A stretch of DNA of 62,274 nucleotides, the filler included, from Basidiobolus ranarum (Eukaryota), in NCBI GenBank assembly GCA_040143965.1. It is 5 parts of 5 records of this genome, joined end to end, with 100 filler letters (N's around TTAATTAATTAA, not from the genome) between each part and the next. Parts side by side here need not be neighbours in the genome. Positions count along the whole stretch, not along the records: positions 12,489 to 24,874 come from JASJQH010007422.1; 4 more parts are not named here. The stretch is one strand, 5' to 3'. Below are positions 13,618-24,974 of the stretch, one piece after another. The position numbers and the translations under genes are program-made. Every line of letters starts with the position of its first letter. Position 1 is the first letter of the stretch. The notes beneath the pieces were generated by a model that worked only from the letters and a program-made list of their open reading frames with translations, ran no database searches and had not been told where the DNA came from.

Positions 13618-15516
13618 TCAGTTGTTGTAAATCCCATCTCATTGCTAGTTTGACCAATAAGCTGTTGTGTGCTAAGGTGTTGCACTTCACAAGGAGGATA
13701 AAGCCACATTTGGTTGTCAACATTGTGAATAGAACCAGTACTGGCATCATTGGTACATTGAATCAAAATGCCAAACTCATTCACTAACTCCATAAATGTT
13801 GTGCCTAAGACACAAATTTTGGAGTGGATATAGAGCTTCTGTCAAGTATATGACATCAAGTTCAAATCATAAGATTCTTTAGGAATATTGTCTTCTGTAG
13901 GGCACTGCTGGAACTGATATCCTCCAAGAGCAAAAAATTGGTCATAGACATGAGGGAGTGTTAACTAATTATGTGCAGATGGCATATTTAGTGGATTTTC
14001 CAAAAATTCACTTGTTTGAATGGTTCATCACACCTATTGCTCACAATTTCTTCTGTATTGTGAGTCTCATCCACAGAGGAATCATCACCAACAAAGCTAT
14101 CTCCTTCCATGTCAACTGGCTAATTTTTGGGTGAACTGTATGATGTGTGTGCTTCTGAGGGGGATGATTCAATAATAATTGTTAGATTAAATAATAAATT
14201 GCTAGTCTGCATGCCATTCAAAATATCAAATAGCACAATTCTTGTATCTGAATGAAATCTACTCTCTATTTAGCTTTCTAGCTTGGTGATTCTTAATCTT
14301 GGCTCAGCTGGGGATCACTGTAGCTGTTGAATTTGCCTACACATGACTAGAAGAGCTTTGTGACATACTCCCTCTTGATACTCAGTGAATGTTTCCTTGA
14401 CATGCACATGGGCATCAGCAAAATGATCATTTGTTGCAGTGGTAATTGTTCTATGCTCTGAAGTTGGCTGACTTTCTGGAATACTTAGCAAACATGTTTG
14501 CCTATCACTTCAGACTGTTCTACCACAGCCCCTTCCCCTTCTACCTCTTCCACTACCTCTTCTTTGGTTTTCTGGTTATGGCAATTGAAGCCTAGGGTAG
14601 ATAGTTCAATAGATATATGCACTGTTGTAGGAGGTGATTACCTTTTAGTCATCTTGGGTGGATGACTACTTTTTCTGACTGCTATCAGATATATTGATAT
14701 GCAACTATGAGAGTGAATGTTTGACATAAACTTGAAGCTTATTTATTCACATGTCCCAAAGTTTGTCAACAATTTGTTAATTTTTACTTTTTCATTATGA
14801 CCCAATGTTATTTGATAGGAACTGTTGTAAGTCATTTAAAGAATCAAGCTAATATACTCTATGTAAAAACATGCTGACTTGTGCAGGTGTTAGATGTTTA
14901 CTTTCTGGCATTAATGCCATCATTCTCTCCAATTCCCCAAGCTCTATACATATAACTTGGTATTGGGGAGGGCTTGTACTGAGGTGCAATAGTTGATATA
15001 TTGCAGCAGTTCCCTCTGCTCTATTTCTATGTGGAACAATAGAATTTTGGGCAATTTGATGCCTACTTGCAGCCAGTTATTCTATAGTGCCCAATGCATG
15101 GGTAGTTTGGTTCCTACTAGGCACCCCTCAGTTTTTGGATGGTTGGTTTGCCATTGTCCCACTTCAAACACTACCTTTAACTTTTCTAGTAGGTAGATGT
15201 GGGAAGCAATCTAGATATTTTTGTTGCATGATCTTGATTAGACCTTTATATAGATCATCTTTGAGAAGATATGCTCATAGTTATATAGCAAAGGCAGAAA
15301 TGATGCATGCTTCATCATATCAAGTATCATATCTAACCATAATCTTTACTCTCATCTGTCATCAATGGTATACTTTGCAATTGTCAACATGTCAGTGGTT
15401 ATGATAAAGCATAGCCATTTATTTCTCTGGAATAATTGAAATGTGCAGTAGCTTATCTACAATCACCATGTTAATCTTTAGTAGTTACTTATGCCACCCT
15501 TTTATAGTAAATATGG

Positions 15517-15900
15517 GTCCAAAGGAGAACATCTATAATTTGGTTTCCCATAGACTTGTAAATTAATAAGTTTGTAATATATCAAAAATATTATATATCT
15601 AAGAAATCTCTCATAATTCATAAAAATTGTAAAAGCAAGAAAAGGCTGTGTTAAATTATTGGAAATAGTGTCTCTTCCTCAGTTCTGTCCAAGGTCAGAA
15701 ATCTGACCTTTGGAAAACTTGGGCAAGCACAGTTCTTTCCATATACTAGTAACTTGAGTATATTCTGACAGAAGGGTGTACATGGGGGATTGCATCACTC
15801 ATACCCCCTGCTTTATTTTTATACTGAGGGGACTATGTCCCCCAGACCCCCTCTTTTCATCCTTACCCTCCCTTGCCCTTACCAGAATATCTGTACCCTA
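15517..15900. repeat. Hairpin-rich dispersed repeat, copy 2
   Basis: Direct-orientation homolog of 12787-13145, with a short CCCTT-like insertion near its right end. Confidence 0.85.
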
Positions 15901-16560
15901 TCCTGTCACTAAATATCAGTAAAATGTTGTTTAACCTTCCCTCTGTTGTGATTGGTACATTAGCAAAATAGGGTCCACATAACCTGGTGCTTTTCCTACA
16001 CTATATCCCTTTCCCAATGACTTCTGCCAGCCATCTCCTGGATACTTACTTATCGCCTTGGCTGATGCTCTCATGATTTCTACTCCTTATGTGCTTCAAT
16101 ATACTATTGTTATTGACAAATACTTAGCAGAAAATGGCATGGAGCTTTTGGTGCATAAATCTATCTTACTTAGCTATACCATCTCTCTTTATGCAACTGA
16201 GAAATCATGCTACATATAAGCACTATATTTACATCCTCAAAACATGAATACATCAGTAGCCAAGTTAAGTATGGACATGATCATATACCCTCAAAATATA
16301 TGGGTACGTTGTTTTCCTAACTGTCACTCTGTTTGGATTAGTTCTTAGGGTACATAAAGTTCACATCAGTTGGTGCTCTTCATCCCCTCTGAGGAAAAGT
16401 AAATATATCTGATAATATGATTTATTGTTAAGGTATGTGCATTCGAGATGACTTAGTGTACTAGTTGCTCTCAATTTCAATGTGGCAGGGAATTTACATC
16501 GCCGATATGTAGCTATATATAGATATATGAGACATGAATTTCTGATACTCCGAATGTTAC

Positions 16561-17556
16561 TCAGTAGTATGAAGGTGGCAGAGAACTAAGCGCCACTTGA
16601 GCATCCAGAGACTGGCAGGCTACATGATACGAAGGGGGTAATTCAACTGCACAGTAAGCCGGAAGCTGGTTTAACTCTGATGTACCAATGGTTATAGGAA
16701 TATACCAGATGGTATAGTCTTTTTCACCATTTTCATTTATCCAGTCGATACGAACAACTATCTTATGCGTAACCTCAACCAACTTATTAATGCGATCCAA
16801 GTCTGCATAACTTGGTATACGCATGATCAATGTCTTGAAATTCTCGTCGGTTTTGAATGTAGCAGATGAAGTGCTGAGGAACTTCACAAATTCTGCCACT
16901 GACAAGCGAGATTCATCGCTCTTGGATGGAATATGAAAGTATGTGTACTCCTTGAGATTACAGGTAACCTGTGTTATACACACTGTCTGGTTCAGTGGTA
17001 GTGCAGATACTTCAACAGCAAACTTCTCATCAGGCGTATATACATCGGTGGGCAGTGTGACTTTACAAGCAACTTTATTGGGAATGGTATGCTCAAGTTC
17101 GTACGCCTCCGAAAGCTCCTCGGTCGTGCTAATGCTATGATGAATGTAGACCGGTACCTTCGATTTCAGATTATAACTGGTGAATGCAGTCTCCGCCACT
17201 GCCTTTAGGGTATACTTAATCGTTCCAAAATCTCCTTGGAAGGACTCAGGTAAATCATTTGGAATCAAAACCTCAAAGGGGAAAACGTGCTGTCCAGAAA
17301 TAGGAGCAGCTTTATGAGGTTCAAAGATTGTTTGTGCCAAGTTGATAATATTTCGACGAGTTCTTTTGATATCAGCTGGGAAGACTAAGGATAATTCACC
17401 ACTAAATTTGAGATATATCCTTTTGATTGTTGACGAAGCGCTTGAGTTGAAGGCAACAACGCCTCTTAGACTTGGCTGTTGAGTGTCCAAACCCATAGAG
17501 CATATGTTGAGTGTGTTGCTTTGAAGAATTGTGCTTAGAGAAGATGAGGAAAACAT
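16561..17556 (-). CDS. Alpha-arrestin (ART-like ubiquitin ligase adaptor)
   Basis: Intronless 331-aa ORF with an arrestin-N signature (LRGVVAF, IKRIYLKFSG, GQHVFPFEVLIPNDLPESFQGDFGTIKYTLKA), arrestin-C (VEVTHKIVVRI) and C-terminal PY motifs LPAY, PPSY, PPSY. Confidence 0.9.
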   Translation of the reverse strand: MFSSSSLSTILQSNTLNICSMGLDTQQPSLRGVVAFNSSASSTIKRIYLKFSGELSLVFPADIKRTRRNIINLAQTIFEPHKAAPISGQHVFPFEVLIPNDLPESFQGDFGTIKYTLKAVAETAFTSYNLKSKVPVYIHHSISTTEELSEAYELEHTIPNKVACKVTLPTDVYTPDEKFAVEVSALPLNQTVCITQVTCNLKEYTYFHIPSKSDESRLSVAEFVKFLSTSSATFKTDENFKTLIMRIPSYADLDRINKLVEVTHKIVVRIDWINENGEKDYTIWYIPITIGTSELNQLPAYCAVELPPSYHVACQSLDAQVALSSLPPSYY

Positions 17557-20383
17557 GTTAACATGGGTTTGAGAAAAGAAGTAATAAAATATAGTCTACA
17601 ACACTGCATGCGACCAGCCTTTATAGTTAAATATTATGGTGCAATCACCATATACTTACCATATGTTATTGCCCAAAAGGTACACCAAGGGTGTGCTTCG
17701 GGAATTAGAGATCAAGATCATCATTAGAGCAGCGCAACGACAAAAGGAAGCTGCTTTGGGAAATATTTGCTAATTCAACTTCGGTTAGTCCAATCACAGG
17801 GACCGTAAGAATTGATCCGAGTTGCCGAATCTAAAAATACCTGTAGGAACGGATTTTACGAGTTAAGTGAAATTAAATGCCAGTTATGACGATACAAGAT
17901 TGTCAACGCCCGATATGATTTACGATACATTCTAGAAGTAGCCTTATTTGCCTATAGCATACACCTTCCTTGTGCCATGAGTCAAACAAATCAAGATTAA
18001 GTTGAAGATTAACATTTGTAAGAAAAAAACTGAAGCCAATCAGGGCCACTCATACAACCAATGTAAAATCATGGAGTGATTTTCAGTAGAACCTTCCGCG
18101 AACATGCCTCATGATGAACATCCAATGCACGAAGGACATAAATTCACGCACGATTTGGCGCTTCTAATTTAAAACTATGATGAATTCATACGATCGCTTC
18201 AAATCCAATGCCGCTCTTAGCGACAGTATTTTTTATCTTTCAGTTGTTACATTAGTAGATGTCGCCATTTGGGTAGAGCAGGGAATATATCTGCGCTCAC
18301 TAGTTCAAGGTTTTTCTTGTTGAGTATGTAGTGAATGTTGAGGTAGTACTTCCCACAAGAGTGACTTCTATTTAGGTCATAGCAGAAGTTTTGCCGTGCC
18401 TAAATCATGAGATTCGGATGAAAGTATATAATGGGTTACACGACAAAGTGGAGATGTATTTCTATATTGGGCCCATCGACCCCAATATTAATAAGCTAGT
18501 TGCAGGTGCAAAACCTCTTTGGTATGATCAGGTGGCCCAAGTTCACCTTTGCGTATCTGACGTATTTTACTGACACTACAGTGAATTTGATGATGTTTGA
18601 TTGTTCACTTCAATTTGGTATAAAATTACTAGATGCAAGTGTAAAAACGGAAAATTTAAACTTCAACTGAAGGTACGAGTAGAATGTTAGACGCCGCTTC
18701 ATTTAAGGTTTTGTTCTTTTGTTAGCTGTACTGCAGCTTGGCCTAACAAAGTGAAGGATCGGATGGTGCCAAACTGAGTCGGTACCATAAGTATTGGCAA
18801 TGATGATTCGTCTTCGGATACTATACTGAAACCACTGATTCAACGACTGGTAAGTCACTATTTGGATAGCGACATTTCGCCCCCCCCCCAATATTTGCAC
18901 TGAGAATATCTTCCCACAAGCGGGAAGTTGCAGTCCTTCTCCTGATGTAGTGGCATTTCTATAGCAAGTTTTTCATCTCCTGACTTTGCATTGTTCTACG
19001 ATCTAAAATTAAAAATAGTTCCCCACAAAGTACTTATGTATTTGAGGACTGTTCTGTGGAGCTTAGTAACGCACCAACATAAAGCAAGGGCAGTGTTTAA
19101 TCAACATTAGAAACTAGTAACCAAGGCTGCTATGATCCCTATGTTGGAGTATTTTTACTTCCACGTATATTGTGAATGATGGCCAAGCTACAATGATATT
19201 TGAAGTAGCGCTGGTAGCAAGGCAGGAATTTTGGCGAGGCACATATAGCGGTTTGTTCACGTAGAACCCTAGAAGGTCAAAATCAATGCCACCCGATGGT
19301 GGAAGATATCCCAGTTCTGAAAGTCACTAAAGATAGATATTGACCAGCATTATTTGGAATGGCTTTACCTACCATCTAAAAGTCCATAGAAGCCGGATTA
19401 CATTATGAAGTAATTATCGGAAAACATATACTTGTATCAGCAATAAACTATTTGACTGAGCTAATGCTCTGCGATATACATATATCTAGTTGTAGTTTCT
19501 GAAGTAATCCTGACAGCATGAAGATAACTGAATACCTAATAATTAATATTATATACATATTGTTGACATATCATGACCGAGCACCTACATATTCAGATGA
19601 TGTATCAAACTCGTTCAATACCTCTCAGTTTACCTCAACTTCTTACTCACCCATATGCTTAGTCTTGAGCTTATCTTCAGCATGCAACAGATCTTAACTT
19701 CCACTGAGCTTAGCTAAGTGATCACAATTTATTTATTTAACCTCCAAATACTTCATAAGTAAGTTTATTGTTTAATCATCTCATTCATGTTTTGATTATC
19801 CTGAAACATGATATTTCATACATATCTTCCACATATGAACAGTCAATCTTGTATCACACACTGGTTGCCAACAAAGAGATTATCCACTCAATCATTATGG
19901 CACGTGACATTAGATGATTTCTTTGCTTCGGAAAGATATCATAACAAGATGTACTTCATGGCAGAAAAGTAAGCTATGCACGAGTACTGATTCAGGCCTT
20001 TGAAGTCCAGAGATGATTTTAGCAAACTATGCCAAAGTTGGTAGTATTTTTATGTCAGACTACTTGTGACTATTTGTATTGAAATACGATCGTTAAATCC
20101 ATTGAATAGGTGTGTCACTTGAATCGATCACAAGTAAACAGTGTTTGAATCAAATCAATATTCGGAACCTACCATAATTTAATCCAGTTTCACTCCAAAC
20201 ATTATTAGTGTCCACCGATTTTTAAAGGTTAATTTAAACTACTTTGCAGTATTGAGTATACTTACCCCAGTAGTGGTTTTAATCTTAGAGCAATCAATCA
20301 CTCTTTAGACTGTCTTGTTTAGGATGAAAAATATTTTGTGGACTAGAAAATATGAATTCCCTCTGACTAATATTATTCAAAAC

Positions 20384-23269
20384 ATGCGTTCCCGAAATAA
20401 ATACTATGCTGTACGTAAAGGCCGTATTCCTGGTATATTTAGCGACTGGAAAAGTTGCCAAGCACAAGTCCATAAATTTAAGAGTGCTCAGTTCAAGTCC
20501 TTTGAAACTTTATCTGAGGCTACAAATTATTTGGATGCTAAGCCTGAACAATTGGAGCATTGTACCGAATCCAATAGCTGGAAAATAGTCTTTGGGAAAT
20601 CTAACCCAGACCAGAAGAATGTACCATATACCAGCCATGAGGCGGTGTCTCTTCCATTCAAAGACCATGACGAATTAGATTTAGATTTAGCTTTAGAATA
20701 CTACTTTGATTCAATGCCAGAAATAGCGGCCGAAACCGAGGAGGTACTGACGCCATACATAAGAACAGAATTACGCAAAAACGGGTTTATTTTTAGTGAA
20801 TATGTGGACCCCACATGGTTAGCAGCGCCGACAAACTTAACTGAAGAGCCCCCTGATGTTATTGAGGCTGAACAAAGAATTTATAGCTCCACGATGACTG
20901 AGCCAACCTTTAAAGAGAATATTAGAAAGAAAAGTCCCTCTCCGGAATGTATTCAACCTGGAGGACTGAACTCAAACGTGAACCAAACTGCAAAAACTCC
21001 AGTTGAAGAAGATTCATTCTTTGATTGGAAGTCGGATTTTATTGCGTTTAACGATTCTTTTGAGGAGTTCGAGATGACTGAGACAGAAAAAGTGAACTTA
21101 TCGTTAGAACAACAACAAGTTTTGGAGGCATTCGTAAGTAATTCAATTCAAGATATGTTGTGTAGTACTCGTATCAACCCTGACTTAATCCTACTTCACA
21201 TCGTAGCAAAAAGAATCGAATTTATTCATTACCGGATCAGCTGGTGTAGGCAAGAGTTTTATTTTGAAGGAGGTTATCAAAAAATGTTACGCAATGAAAA
21301 GGTTTTGTGCTGTGACCGCCTCTACAGGAATCGCGGCTATAGCTTTGAACGGGCATACTGTACATTCCTTTGCACGTCTCAACCTAGGTCAAGATCCTGC
21401 TACAAAGATGTACTTTTACTTTCAATTCGATAATACTTTCCCTAGTCTATTCTCAACTAACATCTTTCAACATAGTGCGGCGAAGATTCTGTACAATTCG
21501 ACGTGTAAATCAACCCGGGAACTAATGAAAACCTTGGAGGTGTTGATCATAGATGAAATATCTATGTTATCCGATGATATTTTTGAAAAGTTGAATGTGG
21601 TGTTGCAAATGGTACGAGATAAACCCGTGCCTTTTGGGGGAGTGCAAATGGTCATCTGCGGAGACTTTTATGTAAATTCATATGCCTATAACTCTGAGTA
21701 AGGATTCCCATCATTAACCTCTGTCGCATTTCTTTAAACACAGCAACTTCCCCCCGTTCCTAGCAAACGTTATTGTCCAGTATGCGGCTCTGATGCTAAT
21801 GCCTCGGCTCCTAATCATGGACGAACTATGGTGTATTGTGTAGGTGAAGTAAACAATGATTTGTGCGGGACACTGTACGATACAGAGACAAGATTTGTGT
21901 TCGAATCTAAAATATGGGACGCAAGCGAATTCCTAGTATTTGAGATGAAGCAAGTATTTCGCCAATCTGATGAGCACTTTGTGAAGGTTTTGAATAAGAT
22001 ACGACTTGGAATTTGTGATAGTGAGGTACTTGCTACCCTACAAGGATGCAATCGCTCTGTTCATAACGAAGTAAGTTCCCATTGTATTTTCGGAATGTAG
22101 CAGATCCCGTTGACTGAATACCTCACAGAGTATATCTCGTTTGTATTGTACGAGAGACCAAGTCATGCACGAAAACACCCGAGAATTTCTGAAAATTCCT
22201 GAAGCTGTATATTGCTATGAGGCATTAGATGGATGGCCCCATCCACAATTTGCATACTTAGCTGACCAGGTGATTGATTTATGCATTCGTATCTGTCTAC
22301 TGCTAGATGTTTAAGATAGCTTATTAGATCAGCCAAGGCCCAATCCCAGATCAAATCAAGCTGAAGGTTGGATGTAAGGTACTTCTTGTCAAGAATATCA
22401 ACTTCAAACTAGGTCTCGTTAATGGAGCCCAAGGTGTTATCACTCGCGTAAGTCCGTGCACCAGTTATTAGAATGTCCTCTCATCTTGCTTACCGTTGAT
22501 AGTTTGAGCAAATCAGACCTACGCACAAGCATCCCGAATACAAGAGTGAGCCATACCCCCTTCAGACTGCATTTAATGCCTGGGAGGCCATGGAGACACA
22601 TCAATGGGTTCCGGTGGTCAAATTTGCCAATGGTATTGAGTGCGCCATTAAACAGACCTATTGGACCATAGAAACGATGAGTTGTGTGATAGCCTGGAGG
22701 ATTGGCCTACCTTTAATATTGTCGTACGTATTATACATATTCATGCTTCTATTTCTCGCTGAGCCAAGGTGTTTAATTTCATTCTACCACAGGTTTGCTA
22801 TAACCGTACATAAATCGCAAGGAATGACTCTCGATTACGTCAGAGTAAGACTCATTCATATACTCATATCAGTCGATATTGGTTGTTCAAAAGTAGCTTT
22901 TATGCACAGATTTCGTTGCAACGAGCTTTCTCTCCAGGTCAAGCTTATGTTGCTATTAGCCGTGCACGTAGTTTAGAAAATCTTCAGTTGGACATGTTTA
23001 ATGACTGGGTTATTCGAGCACACCCAAGAGTTAAAGAATTTTACCAAAAGATTCAAGAGCCTGTCATACGTTCATCTATGACAATCAAAAGAAAGTGGGA
23101 ATCAACAAAATCAACCCCTAACGCCATTGATTGTGGAATATTCGAGAGGGGGCTTTCGAAAACCCCAGATCATTTTGGGGATAAAGGGATGCCCGATCAA
23201 AAGGAGCAACGTTTACATGAGCTACCGTCCGAAGTTCCTCGAAAGTCCCTGAGGTATTTCAATGTGTAA
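20384..23269 (+). CDS. PIF1: Pif1-family SF1B helicase with N-terminal RNase H1-type hybrid-binding (Cauli_VI) domain
   Basis: Nine exons: 20384-21133, 21207-21409, 21476-21671, 21744-22070, 22129-22269, 22328-22447, 22503-22723, 22793-22844, 22910-23269 (alternative in-frame ATG at 20324). Motifs: FITGSAGVGKS, TASTGIAA, TVHSFA, LIIDEISML, PFGGVQMVICGDFYQLPPV, QVFRQSD, LKVGCKVLLVKN, LVNGAQG, AITVHKSQGMTL, GQAYVAISRARSL. N-terminus: KYYAVRKGRIPGIFSDWKSCQAQVHKFKSAQFKSF. Orthology to canonical PIF1 is not established. Confidence 0.92.
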
Positions 23270-24393
23270 ACACCTGTCTACCTGAAGGGTGCAGCAACCG
23301 ATTTAATCTAGGATTCGTATTATCCTTCTGTATACTTTATGCTTGTTCTATACAACACTTGTTACCTATTTATATTCAACCGTGTATCTGTTGCTTAGAC
23401 ACTGAGGTTCACTTACTACAGATAGAAACCTCGCATGCACCATAGATTACACCTATCTATGCCAAAGCTAGGAAGCACGTTCTTTGAATACTGGTTCGAT
23501 GCGAGAAACAACAATAATATTTGAAATAAACAGGCTTAGCGATCTTAATAGTAAATACGTCGATGGCAATCCTCAGTACTTTTATGAATGTCCACACGTT
23601 TATTTCACCGAGGTAGTTAGAACAACGGTTTGCATTTATGAAAATCGTACGCACTATGCTTGAAATATGAACTTTCGTCGACTTGCAATTTACCAAATTT
23701 CTCCAACAAGCACTTGGATCCAATTTTAAGCTGTATAACTGGGACTGAACGCCTGGTTACTAAAAATCGTAGCGAAGAAGCGCTGAAATCCAAGTCACAC
23801 AAGAGTATATTAACGTTGGTGGAAGTTCCGGAATACTTGTCGAGATTCTAATGAGATTTCATTGGTACAAACATACTAGTGAGTATATATAACAGTCCAA
23901 TCGCTCAGATAAGAACACTTCCCTCATTTGCTTACAATTTAGCACGACCAATTGGTTCTCTTTTAGGCAATGACTTGGGTGAATTCCAGGATGGATGTCT
24001 GCTGTTCGTTTGCTGAATTCGATGGGTGTTATTTCATGATTTGATATTAAATAGCATGATAATAAGTCTATTTATCTCCAATCCACCAATTACATAATAA
24101 TAGCAAATGGATTTGTAGTAGTCAAATCCAAGCCTAACATCCCCAACCATAGGCGAGACTGAAGTGAAAAAAGAACCAGAGCAATATGATCCGGATGAAG
24201 TGTGTAAACGGAGGAACCGTTCGGAATCAGATACCGGAATTTTCTTAACCTGCCAAAATTGAACACTACTCGACTCAATTGTCTTTGACCAATATAGATT
24301 GAACATGCGCCCGAAATCGTGGCCTGGCCAATTTGGTTCTCATTATAAATAGCAAGCTGTGAGATTGCTGCCTGTACATCTCACCCGTCTTTG

Positions 24394-24874
24394 ATGTTTT
24401 TTCTGACGCTTTTGGCTATCGTTTCAGCGGTTCAGATCGGAGCTGTTCAACATCCTTCGTATATTGTTGGAGGCTCTATAGTTCGAACGAACGAACTTCC
24501 GTTTGCTGTTCATCTTTTAGCAGATAATTCCCCCAGGTGTGGAGCTGCCATACTTAGTCCCAACTGGATTGTGACTGCTGCACATTGTATAACCAAGAAC
24601 AATGCCCTCATCACATCCAAGTTGACTGTGACAGTTGGTAGTGCAGGAGAGGGGAAAGTCTATCAGATTAAGAGTATGGTCTACCATCCTGACTATGACT
24701 CCACTAGTTTTAAAAATGACATTGCAATAATTCGAATGGAAAACTCACTTCCTGTCAATTCCAAAACTCAACCGATACCGATCAGTCTTGCAACAGTGGA
24801 GCCTAACGAGACTTTAAGAGCTGCCGGATGGGGACAAACCGAAATGGAAGTGAACTCAAAGCAATTACGTGAGG
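24394..24874 (+). CDS. Secreted trypsin-like serine protease (S1), 3' truncated
   Basis: Signal peptide, IVGG mature N-terminus, CGAAILSPNWIVTAAHC (catalytic His), NDIAII (catalytic Asp), AAGWG. TATAAAT lies upstream at about 24344. Confidence 0.93.
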
Positions 24875-24974
24875 NNNNNNNNNNNNNNNNNNNNNNNNNN
24901 NNNNNNNNNNNNNNNNNNTTAATTAATTAANNNNNNNNNNNNNNNNNNNNNNNNNNNNNNNNNNNNNNNNNNNN
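24875..24974. other. Artificial contig spacer
   Basis: N44-TTAATTAATTAA-N44. Confidence 0.99.

Noticed and set aside
19561-19689. TGTTG...CAACA segment as a solo LTR
   Set aside because: Only about 129 bp, the flanks do not form a TSD, and there is no second copy in the window.
23457-24306. Short minus-strand ORFs between the Pif1 gene and the trypsin gene
   Set aside because: I could not build a stop-free spliced model or recognise a domain.
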